From Candidatus Moanibacter sp. (lineage in GTDB: Bacteria > Verrucomicrobiota > Verrucomicrobiia > Opitutales > UBA2987), in contig CBDCEW010000100.1 of the NCBI GenBank assembly GCA_965215885.1, positions 1 through 64,000 of the forward strand: a DNA stretch of 64,000 bases, read 5' to 3'. Below are positions 47,215 through 56,736 of the stretch, piece after piece (positions within the stretch are counted from its first letter, which is position 1; every line of letters starts with the position of its first letter). The translations under genes were made by a program, and so were the position numbers. The notes beneath the pieces are model-generated. The model was not told where the DNA came from. It was given only the letters and a program-made list of their open reading frames with translations, and made no database searches.

Positions 47215-48471
47215 GTGATGACCTTGAACGACCTTCATAGCAATGAAATAGCTCGCCGCAAGGAATTCCCTATCGCGGAAAGGGAGATTTTCCTGGCCAA
47301 TGCCGCCATCTGCCCCCTGCCCAATCGAGTCGGTCAAGCCATGCGATCTCTCGTCGATGAGGCCGTTAACAACAAACTGAATCTCGACGAATTTGAAGCT
47401 CCGTATGAAGAAGCGCGCCGTCTCGCCTCTCGAATTCTGGGCTGCCGCCCTGAGAATCTAGCGCTCCTCGGCCCTACCTCCATCGGTCTCTCCCTTGTTG
47501 CCAACGGTCTCAAGTTCGAGCTGGGAGACAACATCGTTTACTACCACGATGATTACCCTTCCAATGCCGTCGTATGGATGAACCTGGAAAAGAGAGGGGT
47601 CAACTTGCGGCGCGTCAGGGTTGAGGAGCCAGGATTCATAACTGTCGACGATCTCAAACCGCTTGTCGATGAACGCACCCGCCTGGTGGCGCTCGCATCG
47701 GCACATTTCATAGGCGGTTACCGAATAGATCTCGACGCCATAGGGGAGTGGGCGAGGAGCCGAGGCGTGTTATTCTGTGTAGACGGAATCCAAACCGTGG
47801 GAGCATTGGAGACGAGCCTGGATTACGTCGATTTTCTCTCCGCGGATGCCCATAAATGGCTGCTGGGACCTACCGCAATCGGACTCTTTTATGTCAACCC
47901 CGAAGTGATGGATCTGCTTGAGCCTACCCTTCTCGGATGGAATAACGTAATCTGCCCCGAGTTTATTACGCCCGAGAAGATTGTTTTTAAACCGGACGCT
48001 GGTCGGTATGAAGCGGGTTGTCCAAATCTTGTCGGACTGCTTGGATTCCTCGCCGCTCTTGAGATGTTGAACGAGTTTGGGATTGAAGAGATTGAAAAGA
48101 CGGTGGTCGAGCATACGCGCCGCATTCGGGAGGGCGTTCGCGTGAGAGGATATACTTTGGCTTGTAGCGATGATGACCGGCTCTCCGGGATATCGACGTT
48201 TCGACGAGCGATATCGACATCGAGGCGCTCTATCAGAATCTGACGCAGGCTGGCGTTGTCTCTTCCCTCCGGACTACACCCGATGAGCAAAAGTGGCGAT
48301 ATCGACATCGAGGCGCTCTATCAGAATCTGACGCAGGCTGGCGTTGTCTCTTCCCTCCGGACTACACCCGATGAGCAAAAGTGGATACGTTATTCTCCAC
48401 ACTGTTACAAGGTTTCTTCAGTAAAACGGCAAAGCACGGACGAAATCGACGCCGCCCTCGAGATGTTATGA
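47215..48471 (+). pseudogene. Aminotransferase class V (cysteine desulfurase-like), interrupted near the C-terminus by a tandem duplication
   Basis: VDGIQTVG, DAHKWLLGP, RYEAG; stop at 48241-48243 in the first repeat copy; the C-terminus (GDIDIEALY...WIRYSPHCY...EIDAALEML) resumes in the same frame; may be an assembly error. Confidence 0.75.
48209..48384 (+). repeat. Exact 88-bp tandem duplication
   Basis: 48209-48296 = 48297-48384. Confidence 0.95.
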
Positions 48472-49278
48472 AAATCGAATCTATCGTGTTCTATATCGTT
48501 ATCCCGGTCATAATCCTGGTCGTCCTGATTCTGAAAAGTGGGGGCAAGGGCAAGCGGAGATTGTTGATGGAGCAGGTTCTTTGGCCGGGAATCTCGGCAT
48601 CGGCCTGCTGGGAGGCGAGCCTGTTTTTCCGCGAATCGCTTTTCTGGAGAACGTGCTTTCTCCGCAAATCGTTTCAGGCGGAAGGGGAGTTTCGTAATCG
48701 TATTCTGGAGGATTTTCGCAAGGGATGGGTTGGGCGTTGGCTGGAGGAAATGGACAAGCTGGAGTTTCAGATTTGTCTGGCCGCGGGCAAACCATTTCTC
48801 CACCGGTTCCGGAGATAGTCGCACCAGCTTTACGCTACGGTGCGATTGATCGGTCCGAACCCTAAAGCGCTGACTTTCCAGTTTTCCCGTGAAGGTTTCT
48901 CGTACCGCAGTAAAATCGGCAAAGCAGTCATTGCTGAACTGGTCAGCACCGATGGGATGCAGGATGTGCAGGTGGGAGATACCCGCTTTGATAAGCTCTT
49001 TGTCGTCAAATCGAAGGCGATCCCGACTTTATAAGTGCGGCTCTTCTACCGGAAATAAAGGACAGATTCTATCAAGTAAAACCCGAAACCTGCCAGCCAT
49101 AGGCTGGTCCGCCCGTGGCGGAGAGGAACACGAAGCTAAAGGGACCCTTAAGCTCGAAGGGGAGGAGATGTGCTACGATGAAGTGGGCACCATTTCTACC
49201 GATGCCGTCCGCCTTCGCTGCGAAGCAGTGGCCAACCTCCTCGCCGATCTCGCTGAGGCTGTCGATGTCTATGGGTAG
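48468..49278 (+). pseudogene. Hypothetical membrane-anchored protein broken by interleaved IS fragments
   Basis: MKIESIVFYIVIPVIILVV... / GMQDVQVGDTRFDKLFVVKS / ...LLADLAEAVDVYG* in different frames; IS-identical blocks at about 48705-48793, 48927-48954 and 49077-49124. Confidence 0.6.
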
Positions 49279-49372
49279 AACGCTCCTAAGGCAGCCTTCG
49301 CCCGCCCTCTCATCTCCCATCGTGACTCTCAATCGTGAACTGCAGTCGCCCATTGACAATTCACTGGGTGCC

Positions 49373-50836
49373 TTACTGATCCGAACGGAATCGTTCGCAG
49401 ACAATCCCCGCCACTACGAACAGTGTAGCAGCGAGGAGAGCCCAAAGTGAGGGATGGAGACGATACTCGCGCGGCAGCAGGTCGGGATACCATTGCAGAA
49501 CGATTAGAATCCCTACGCCGCTGAGAATACTGCCGAAGGCGAAGCCGAGGGGAATCTTTATCTTGTAAAGACCGGCCAGAAATACGGGAGCGAGTTGCAT
49601 CATGCCGGAAAAGGAGATAAACACGAGGTCGGCCACGAGAGCGAGCGGTTTCACGCTTGCGGCGTAAGCCAGAACCGCTACTCCGAAGGTAAACCATTGA
49701 TTGAATCGAAATATCTTCTTCGTATCGACATCGGGAGTGTCACGGTGGACCTGCTCGGTAACGATGAAGCCGAATGTCAGGAGGAGCGAATCGGCCGTTG
49801 ACATGGTCGCGGCAATAATACCGACGAGGGCCATTGCTCCGAGAATACCAGGAGTAGTCGCCGCTACTCTTCCAATAATAGTGTCTCCGGATTCCAAACC
49901 CGGGAAGTGAACCGCTCCCCCTAAGCCGATTGTCCCCGATACCGCGATGAGGATAAACCCCATGAAGGGAAAGACCCAAGCCATGAGAGTGAGGGTGGAG
50001 GCGTCATTTACAATGATGTATCTCTTCGCCATGTGCGGCATGGTAAGCGATCCGATCGATATGAATAACGAAATGGCTACCAGGGTCGGGATCGTATAGA
50101 AGCCCGTCGGTCCCGGAAGACTGAGAAGGGACGGTTCGCTCACGGCATCGACGTCGCGAACGAATTGTAGGAGGTCAAAGCGCCAGAAGCGGTATAGAAA
50201 TACCGTTACTACTGAGAGAATGCCCACGAGCGTCATTACAGCCTGCACGACGTCGGTCTTTATGATGTTCTTCAGACCACCCGTTTCAGAATACAGATAC
50301 ATGACAGCTAGGGCGACGGATGCGGAGAAAAAGTAGGGGATGCCGAAAGCTCCCTCCATTAGCCGGGAGAGGCCGGTGATTTGCGCGGCGAGGTAAGGGA
50401 TAAGAAGAACGAAGGTTATCAGAATCACAGTCCATTCCAGAAAGGGTGAACGGTAATTTCTCAGAAAGAGTTGGATGGGTGAACGAAGATCAGGATATTG
50501 GCGTGCTTCCTTCCAGAGTCTCTTGCCTGCGGTTCCCGTCAGTATGCCTATTATGATGTAGGCGCAGCAGGAAAAAATCAGGTTTCCGATTCCGTGAATG
50601 TAAAAGTAACCGGCGGCGCCAATGACTGCCCCTGCGCTGAAATAGGTGGCCCAGAAAGTAAAGAGCGAAGGAACCAATCGAACGGACTTTCCGGCCAGAA
50701 AAAAGTCAGTTCGGTCGCCCTTTTGCTGGCTCCAGGAGCGGATGGTCAGAAATACCAACCAGGCTAGGTATCCGAGTAGGAGAAGCGTCGACCAGACCTT
50801 GAAGCTGGCATTTTCAGAGGTGAAGGCATTTTCCAT
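49373..50836 (-). CDS. Sodium:solute symporter family protein
   Basis: DFFLAGKS, ATYFSAG, GGLKNIIKTDVVQ, AATMSTADS; start at ATG 50836 inferred. Confidence 0.92.
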   Translation of the reverse strand: MENAFTSENASFKVWSTLLLLGYLAWLVFLTIRSWSQQKGDRTDFFLAGKSVRLVPSLFTFWATYFSAGAVIGAAGYFYIHGIGNLIFSCCAYIIIGILTGTAGKRLWKEARQYPDLRSPIQLFLRNYRSPFLEWTVILITFVLLIPYLAAQITGLSRLMEGAFGIPYFFSASVALAVMYLYSETGGLKNIIKTDVVQAVMTLVGILSVVTVFLYRFWRFDLLQFVRDVDAVSEPSLLSLPGPTGFYTIPTLVAISLFISIGSLTMPHMAKRYIIVNDASTLTLMAWVFPFMGFILIAVSGTIGLGGAVHFPGLESGDTIIGRVAATTPGILGAMALVGIIAATMSTADSLLLTFGFIVTEQVHRDTPDVDTKKIFRFNQWFTFGVAVLAYAASVKPLALVADLVFISFSGMMQLAPVFLAGLYKIKIPLGFAFGSILSGVGILIVLQWYPDLLPREYRLHPSLWALLAATLFVVAGIVCERFRSDQ

Positions 50837-50964
50837 AGTCTGGTCGAATCGGGCGGAAATCAGGATGGGGGATCTCGGAAAAGACTTTACCGCCGGCTGA
50901 GGCGTTGACAAACTTTTCCAAGCGCTTACAGGCCACCCTCGAAAAATTTGAGAAAGGGGAGAAT

Positions 50965-52002
50965 ATGATTAAAATCAAGGAGTCGGATTATCTTCCGCGG
51001 GAATGCACCTTTTCTCCCTCCGATTGGAAAGTCCTCTCCGGTTTCTGGTTCCCAATCGCCTTAAGCAAGGATATCGGCGAAAAACCGCACCCAGTGACTC
51101 TGCTCGACGAAAGGCTGATAGTCTACCGCGTTTCAGCCGGTTACGTTGTCGCCAAGGATCTGTGCGTTCACCGCGGCTCGCCCCTTTCCTATGGATCGGT
51201 GGAGGGGGATGAGATTGTCTGCGGATACCATGGCTACCATTACGGACCTGACGGGCGCTGCACCCTGGTGCCCTCAGACCCGGATATGAATATTCCGGAA
51301 AAGCTCTGCATCCAGGTCTACCCGAGTGAGGAGCGATACGGGGTAATCTGGACCTGCCTCTCGGGAACTCCCAGGAATACTATTCCGGATTGGCAGCGGG
51401 AATGGGTCGACAAGAGTTTTCGTTGGTTCACATGGGGCCCGCACATCTGGGACTGCTCGCCGGGGCGTGCGATTGAAAACTTTGTCGACACGGCTCATTT
51501 CTCTTTCGTACACCGAGGCACTTTCGGCCAGGAATCCAGTGCCCGGATGGAGGACTACAACCTCGCGCATCACGATGACGGATTTAGTATGGAGTTTGGC
51601 TACATGGCTAATAATCCGGATCAATCACCGATTAAGGGTCAGGAGCAAATTCAGCGGCGAATGATCCGGCGCTTGACCTATCCCTTCTGCACGGCATCTC
51701 AGATCTATTATCCCGAGGGAAGAGAGCACATTATACACATCACAGTGATTCCTGTCTCTGCCCGCAAGTCACAGCTCCTCTTTCTTTTCTCGCGCAACTT
51801 TGACCGTGACGTGCCCGAAGAAGAGTTGATCGCCTGGGAAGCAAGAATTCTCACCGAAGACAAGCGCTTTATTGAATCGCAGAAACCCGAGGAGATCCCT
51901 CTCGACCTCGCAGCCGAGGTGCACGTGCGCGCCGACAAAGCCTCCGTCGCCATGCGTCGGTGGATGATCGATATCGGCCTCGGCCGAGACTTCACCGCTT
52001 AG
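50965..52002 (+). CDS. Rieske non-heme iron oxygenase alpha subunit (VanA/Ndm-like demethylase group)
   Basis: CVH...CGYH Rieske motif; ENFVDTAHFSFVH; EDKRFIESQKP; ADKASVAMRRW. Confidence 0.92.
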   Translation: MIKIKESDYLPRECTFSPSDWKVLSGFWFPIALSKDIGEKPHPVTLLDERLIVYRVSAGYVVAKDLCVHRGSPLSYGSVEGDEIVCGYHGYHYGPDGRCTLVPSDPDMNIPEKLCIQVYPSEERYGVIWTCLSGTPRNTIPDWQREWVDKSFRWFTWGPHIWDCSPGRAIENFVDTAHFSFVHRGTFGQESSARMEDYNLAHHDDGFSMEFGYMANNPDQSPIKGQEQIQRRMIRRLTYPFCTASQIYYPEGREHIIHITVIPVSARKSQLLFLFSRNFDRDVPEEELIAWEARILTEDKRFIESQKPEEIPLDLAAEVHVRADKASVAMRRWMIDIGLGRDFTA

Positions 52003-52026
52003 ACTGTCGATTTCGTCGTCAAGCCT

Positions 52027-53376
52027 GTGGAAATAATTGCACCAGTATTGACACTGATTGCAGGTCTCGCACTCGGGCTTGGGCTCGTCTTTTTTCTTAC
52101 GCGATCTCAAATTGCGGATCTGCGTAAGGGCCTGGGGGAGAAGGAGGCCCTGGTCTCTTCGTTGAGAGACGAAAAGCAGCAGTTGGAGAAGCGGGAAGCG
52201 ACTCATGAAGCGGAGAGAAAGGCGGCCGAAGAGAAGCTCGCTCTGCTGGAGGAGGCGCGGAAGAATTTCAGTGAGGCATTCAAAGCGCTTTCCGCGGATG
52301 CTTTAAAGAGCAACAATCAATCGTTTCTTGAGCTCGCGAAAACGACTCTGGAGAAATTTCAGGAGGGAGCCAAAGGGGAGCTGGAACAGCGGAAACAGGC
52401 AGTCGATCAGCTTGTCAAGCCAGTCCGAGAGTCCCTCGAAAAGGTCGACGCAAACATACGGGAGTTGGAAAAGAGGCGCGAGGGTGCCTACGCGGATCTC
52501 CAGGCACAGATAAAGCATCTTCTCTCGAGCCAGGCTAACCTGCAGGTAGAGACGGCAAACCTGGTACAGGCCCTTCGCACGCCTAACGTGAGGGGGCAGT
52601 GGGGAGAGATTCAACTCGAGCGCGCCGTGGAATTTGCCGGGATGGTGGAATACTGCGATTTCGTGCAGCAGGAATCGACAACCACGGAGGAGGGGCGCCT
52701 GCGCCCGGATCTGATCGTTCGATTGCCCAATGGGCGCAATATCATCGTGGATGCGAAGGCACCCTTGCTTGCCTATCTCGATGCGATTAAGACGAACGAC
52801 GAAGAGACGCGAAAGGCTAAGCTGATCGAACACGCCCGGCAGATTCGCAACCATATTACCAATCTCAGTTCCAAGGCGTATTGGAAGCAATTTACACCCA
52901 GTCCCGAATTCGTAGTGCTTTTCCTTCCGGGCGAGGCGTTCTTCAGTGCAGCCCTCGAGCAGGATGCCGAGCTTATACAATTCGGATCTAATGAAAGGGT
53001 GATATTGGCCACTCCTACCACCTTGATAGCGCTCCTCAAGGCGGTCGCTTATGGCTGGCAGCAGGATAAAATCGCCGAGCACGCCAAAGTGGTGAGTGAA
53101 CTTGGGCGTGATTTGTATGACCGGCTGGGCACTCTGGCCGGCCATTTTGGCCGTCTCGGTGGCCATCTCGACAGAGCGGTCGATGCCTACAACAGCGCGG
53201 TTCGCTCAGCCGAGAGCCGCGTATTGGTTACGGCCCGGAAATTCAAAGAGCTGGGAAGCGGTAGCAGTAAGGAAATTGAGCAGCTCGATTCGATCGATAA
53301 AATCACCACCCCCCCGCAAGCCGAGGAGCTGCAGACTCCGGATTCGGAAGACGAGATCGGCAAGCAGGTAGGGTAA
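52027..53376 (+). CDS. rmuC: DNA recombination protein RmuC
   Basis: [37 protein letters not shown]. Confidence 0.96.
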   Translation: MEIIAPVLTLIAGLALGLGLVFFLTRSQIADLRKGLGEKEALVSSLRDEKQQLEKREATHEAERKAAEEKLALLEEARKNFSEAFKALSADALKSNNQSFLELAKTTLEKFQEGAKGELEQRKQAVDQLVKPVRESLEKVDANIRELEKRREGAYADLQAQIKHLLSSQANLQVETANLVQALRTPNVRGQWGEIQLERAVEFAGMVEYCDFVQQESTTTEEGRLRPDLIVRLPNGRNIIVDAKAPLLAYLDAIKTNDEETRKAKLIEHARQIRNHITNLSSKAYWKQFTPSPEFVVLFLPGEAFFSAALEQDAELIQFGSNERVILATPTTLIALLKAVAYGWQQDKIAEHAKVVSELGRDLYDRLGTLAGHFGRLGGHLDRAVDAYNSAVRSAESRVLVTARKFKELGSGSSKEIEQLDSIDKITTPPQAEELQTPDSEDEIGKQVG

Positions 53377-53521
53377 ACGGCTTCGGATCTCAGGAGCGAT
53401 TCACCGATTATTTCAATGCCCCTGCATTACCAGCATACGCGCTTATTTTGTATTTAACAAAAATGTAAAATAAGCGTAGGTCGGAGTTCTGCGGCGCGAC
53501 ATCCACCTCTGAATCCCCGAA

Positions 53522-53878
53522 TTAGAACAATGCTGTCAGCCTGTAAATGACGAAGGGCAGACTGATGATGGCCGGGAGCATCGGCCAGAATCGCGGACGC
53601 TCCCTTTTCTTTCTTTGGACGGCGACTACTTCGAGTATTGAATAGAGTGCGAGAAAAAAGATAACAAGAGCGAGGAGGATGCCGAAGGAGACGGAGATTT
53701 TCTGCTCGCTATTCAAATTCGAGAGATTCAAGAGGTTGCCGAAGATTAGACGCGGTATAGGTAGGACAAAGACAACCGCACTGATCGCCAAGATCCATTG
53801 TACAGCGTTATTTCCCAGGATTGAGGTATGGAGATTCCCCTTCTTGCTCGATCCGGCTTGCTCAGATTCGTCTTCCAT
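53522..53878 (-). CDS. Small hypothetical membrane protein (3 TM)
   Basis: 118 aa ORF with three hydrophobic segments. Confidence 0.6.
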   Translation of the reverse strand: MEDESEQAGSSKKGNLHTSILGNNAVQWILAISAVVFVLPIPRLIFGNLLNLSNLNSEQKISVSFGILLALVIFFLALYSILEVVAVQRKKRERPRFWPMLPAIISLPFVIYRLTALF

Positions 53879-53906
53879 GTTGTATAGGAATTGGAGGGAT
53901 ACGAGG

Positions 53907-54088
53907 CTAGCCCGGACATTTCACACACTTCGTAACGAGACCGCGTAGATCGCTGCGTGTCAATGCCTTTCCGAAGCGCGGCGGGCGACAGCGTGTTGGG
54001 ACCCTCTGAGGTCGCCGGGCAGGGCAAGGCTTTGACACGCGGTGAGATCCGTCGTCGTAGTAGAAGGTCTGTGAGATGTTCGGGCTAG
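53907..54088. mobile_element. CTAG-bounded MITE family A, 182 bp
   Basis: Colinear with 45898-46079 with scattered substitutions. Confidence 0.9.
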
Positions 54089-54134
54089 ATCCGTTTCGCG
54101 AGCTTTCAATGATATTCTCCATTTTTCTAAGTGC

Positions 54135-54410
54135 ATGGAAGATGAAGCAATAGAATTGCCCATCGACGGTACCCTTGACCTCCACACTTTCAGACCGCAG
54201 GAAGTGAAATCCCTCGTTCACGATTATTTGGAGGCGTGCAGGGATTCAGGAATTACTCACCTGCGAATCGTTCACGGCAAGGGCACCGGGACCCTCCGCG
54301 AGATCGTCCATTCCCAATTGCGCGCTTCCTCCCTTGTTGCTCATTTCAGCCTCGCCGATCCCTCCAGAGGGGGCTGGGGCGCTACCCTCGTGCGGTTGCA
54401 CGCCTCTTAA
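54135..54410 (+). CDS. Smr/MutS2 C-terminal domain protein
   Basis: LDLHTF, IVHGKGTGTLR, GGWGATLV. Confidence 0.93.
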   Translation: MEDEAIELPIDGTLDLHTFRPQEVKSLVHDYLEACRDSGITHLRIVHGKGTGTLREIVHSQLRASSLVAHFSLADPSRGGWGATLVRLHAS

Positions 54411-54716
54411 TCCGGCCCCCGGCTGCCGCTGAGCGGGAGCGACGGCGGCGCCTCCTATTTCCCGTCTTTGGCGGGCAAGTCCCATCCTTGGGGGTGATGG
54501 ATAAACTACCTGTCCCTAATCTCTGCCCTTCTCGAAAGCTCGCAAGATTCGAAAAGCTACCGCTTTCCGCTACACGCTCGGATTCAGTCGGTAGCGGAAA
54601 GCGGAAGCTTTTCGTTCTGGGTATCGTGCTCGTGCTTCGCGCTCAGCGGACTAATAGCGCTCGAAATGAGGCCCAAAGCTAGCCTCTAACTCAGAGCAGG
54701 AAGAGGCTCCAAATGG

Positions 54717-54862
54717 AGCCATTTTGACCCATATTGACTGACTCTAATGGCGGATAGATGGTGAATGAGACAATTTGTCCCATATCTACTTCGGAAGTAA
54801 TACTCTGTAAGACTTTGCTACTCAATGATTAACAGATATACAGGTATTGGCATGGAGGCTGC
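54717..54862 (+). promoter_or_regulatory. Sigma54-type promoter with candidate upstream activator sites
   Basis: TGGCATGGAGGCTGC at 54848-54862 (GG/GC spaced as -24/-12); similar imperfect palindromes GAGCCATTTTGACCCA (54717) and GAGACAATTTGTCCCA (54767). Confidence 0.6.
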
Positions 54863-54916
54863 AGAATGGGGAATAGTGAAAAAAACAATAACCGAAAAAT
54901 TAAGGAGGAAAGTAAG

Positions 54917-55345
54917 ATGAAGTTAATTCGATATAGAAATCCGGAGCTCAGCAGCATCTATGATTGGGACCGCTGGTTTGACGATGCGTTTACCAGTATT
55001 GGTCTGGGTGGGAGCTTGTTCGACGGTGCTGGGATCGGCGGACGCGCATTTCGGCCTGCCGCCAACATCAGCGAAGAAAACGAAGAGTATATTGTCCGCA
55101 TTGAATTGCCGGGCGTAAAGAAGGGTGCCGTTGAAGTCGAACTAAGCGATGCAACAGTGACCGTAAAAGGAGACCGAAAGGAAAAGGGCGGAGACGGAGA
55201 GCAATCTCTCTCTTTTCGCCGTTCCGTCAGAGTGCCGAATGAAGTAGATACGGAGAGAGTTAAGGCGAAGCTAAAGGACGGAATATTGACAGTGACATTG
55301 CCTAAGGCGGAGTCCAGCAAGCCCAAGCTGATCGCGGTCAGTTAA
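54917..55345 (+). CDS. Hsp20/alpha-crystallin small heat shock protein
   Basis: AAGGAGG RBS; ELPGVKK, FRRSVRVP, AKLKDGILTVTLPK. Confidence 0.95.
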   Translation: MKLIRYRNPELSSIYDWDRWFDDAFTSIGLGGSLFDGAGIGGRAFRPAANISEENEEYIVRIELPGVKKGAVEVELSDATVTVKGDRKEKGGDGEQSLSFRRSVRVPNEVDTERVKAKLKDGILTVTLPKAESSKPKLIAVS

Positions 55346-55385
55346 TGGAACGAAGGGTAGTTGAGAGAGGAATCGTAGAGAATGG

Positions 55386-55416
55386 AGCCGGGCTGAATTC
55401 AGCCCGGCTTTTTCTT
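55386..55416 (+). terminator. Rho-independent terminator
   Basis: AGCCGGGCTG-AATT-CAGCCCGGCT-TTTTCTT. Confidence 0.85.
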
Positions 55417-55502
55417 GTCTCCAGGACTTTTGGTCAAATGCTTATCCCTCCATTAAGAGGGAGCTCATGGGCCGTTATCCACGCCATGAATGGAAATAGA
55501 TC

Positions 55503-56288
55503 TTACTTTCCGACTCGTAATTGAGATTCGAAAAGACGAATCTCGTAGTTGAGGATGGTGAGGGCAACTGTTGAGGCGGTTTCCGCTCTCAGCACGTGTT
55601 CTCCCAGTCTCACGGGTTGAAATCCGCGGTTGCGAGCCAATCCGTATTCCCTCTCCGTAAAGTCGCCCTCTGGGCCGATCAGCCAGAAGACTTCAGTGGG
55701 CGGAATTCCGCCCTGCGACCCCAGGAATTCTCTCAAAATGACAGAGAATTCGAGCGCTCCAGGGGAGAGACTCGCAATCAGCCTTAGTGAGCTGTCCGGA
55801 ACCGAGGCACAGACTTCCTCGAAATCGGATACCGAATCAATGGTAGGCAGGTGGGTGCGCCCGCACTGTTTGCAGACCCCTATGGCTAGAGATCGCCACT
55901 TCCTCAACCTCAGGTCTTGCCGACGAGCTGGGAGTTGCACTTCGCACCGCTCGGTGGAAATTGGAATGATTCCTGAGGCGCCCAACTCCGTGGCCATCCG
56001 GATGACCGTATCCATTGCCCTGCTTTTGAGCAAGGCCGGTGCCAGGGTGGCTTTCATTCGGGGTCCCTTTGCTCGATAGTGTTTGAGGATCGTCAAAGTG
56101 GCTTTGGGTTTGGTTGGGTCGCGGATTATGCATTCGAATTCGTTGCCATCGCCATCAAATACGCAGACTGGGTCATCTCGTTTGGCACGACGAACATTGA
56201 GCAGATGGTGTGATTCTGCGCTACTCAATGTGATCGAAGTGCGGGGTAGTTCGGGTGCCGGTTCGATAAAGCAACGCAGACGAGGCAT
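55503..56288 (-). CDS. rsmE: 16S rRNA m3U1498 methyltransferase, paralogue 1
   Basis: HHLLNVRR, ATELGA, CKQCGR, IGPEGDF, LGEHVLRAETA; start at ATG 56288. Confidence 0.92.
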   Translation of the reverse strand: MPRLRCFIEPAPELPRTSITLSSAESHHLLNVRRAKRDDPVCVFDGDGNEFECIIRDPTKPKATLTILKHYRAKGPRMKATLAPALLKSRAMDTVIRMATELGASGIIPISTERCEVQLPARRQDLRLRKWRSLAIGVCKQCGRTHLPTIDSVSDFEEVCASVPDSSLRLIASLSPGALEFSVILREFLGSQGGIPPTEVFWLIGPEGDFTEREYGLARNRGFQPVRLGEHVLRAETASTVALTILNYEIRLFESQLRVGK

Positions 56289-56343
56289 CGGAATCCTGAT
56301 TATGGTGCTCTCGCTGTGAGGCGTCGAGAAGCGAAGAAAATAG

Positions 56344-56469
56344 AAAAAAAGACGCCGCAGAATCCCTTCTGCGGCGCCACCCACTGCTTAACAAACTACA
56401 AACCAGACTGAAACCGTCTATTAAGCTCTAAACCATAAACCACATGAAAACAAACTAAACCTTAGTTTC
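56344..56469 (-). ncRNA. Candidate sRNA, sibling A (about 125 nt, GU-rich)
   Basis: ECF-type promoter, 5' GAAACTAA, TTTTCATG, 23-nt block shared with sibling B, terminator CGCCGCAGAA-GGGA-TTCTGCGGCG-TC-T7. Confidence 0.65.
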
Positions 56470-56475
56470 ATAAAT

Positions 56476-56504
56476 ATAGACTGTAATTATCCAAATGCGT
56501 TCAA
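56476..56504 (-). promoter_or_regulatory. Putative ECF/sigmaE-type promoter
   Basis: TT-GAACGC-N16-TCTAT. Confidence 0.55.
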
Positions 56505-56545
56505 TATTGACCCCATTGTTTCAAGAGATCGAGATGTGATGAGGG

Positions 56546-56663
56546 CAAAACAAAACGCCACCGGCATTGCCGGTGGCGTTTGCAAGAGTTCAACCAAACT
56601 ACAAACCAGACTGAAACTATGAAAATGAAACTCTCCCACCCATGAAAATGCAGGATTAGTTTC
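56546..56663 (-). ncRNA. Candidate sRNA, sibling B (about 118 nt, GU-rich)
   Basis: 5' GAAACTAA, TTTTCATG, GTTTCAGTCTGGTTTGTAGTTTG, terminator AAACGCCACCGGCA-A-TGCCGGTGGCGTTT-TGTTTT. Confidence 0.65.
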
Positions 56664-56669
56664 AAAGAG

Positions 56670-56698
56670 TTTGACGGCGGTTGCAGCAAAACGTTCAA
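56670..56698 (-). promoter_or_regulatory. Putative ECF/sigmaE-type promoter
   Basis: TT-GAACGT-N16-TCAAA, one base from the enterobacterial RpoE consensus GAACTT-N16-TCAAA. Confidence 0.6.
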
Positions 56699-56736
56699 AA
56701 TTGTAGTGAATTCTATTTGGAAAGGGAAAAAAGGGA

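Noticed and set aside
52303..53166. 287-aa antisense ORF
   Set aside because: Shadow of rmuC with no recognisable motifs
56440..56660. Plus-strand micro-ORFs starting ATGAAAA after AC-rich leaders
   Set aside because: They stop within a few codons, and the promoter motifs and U tails all point to minus-strand transcription
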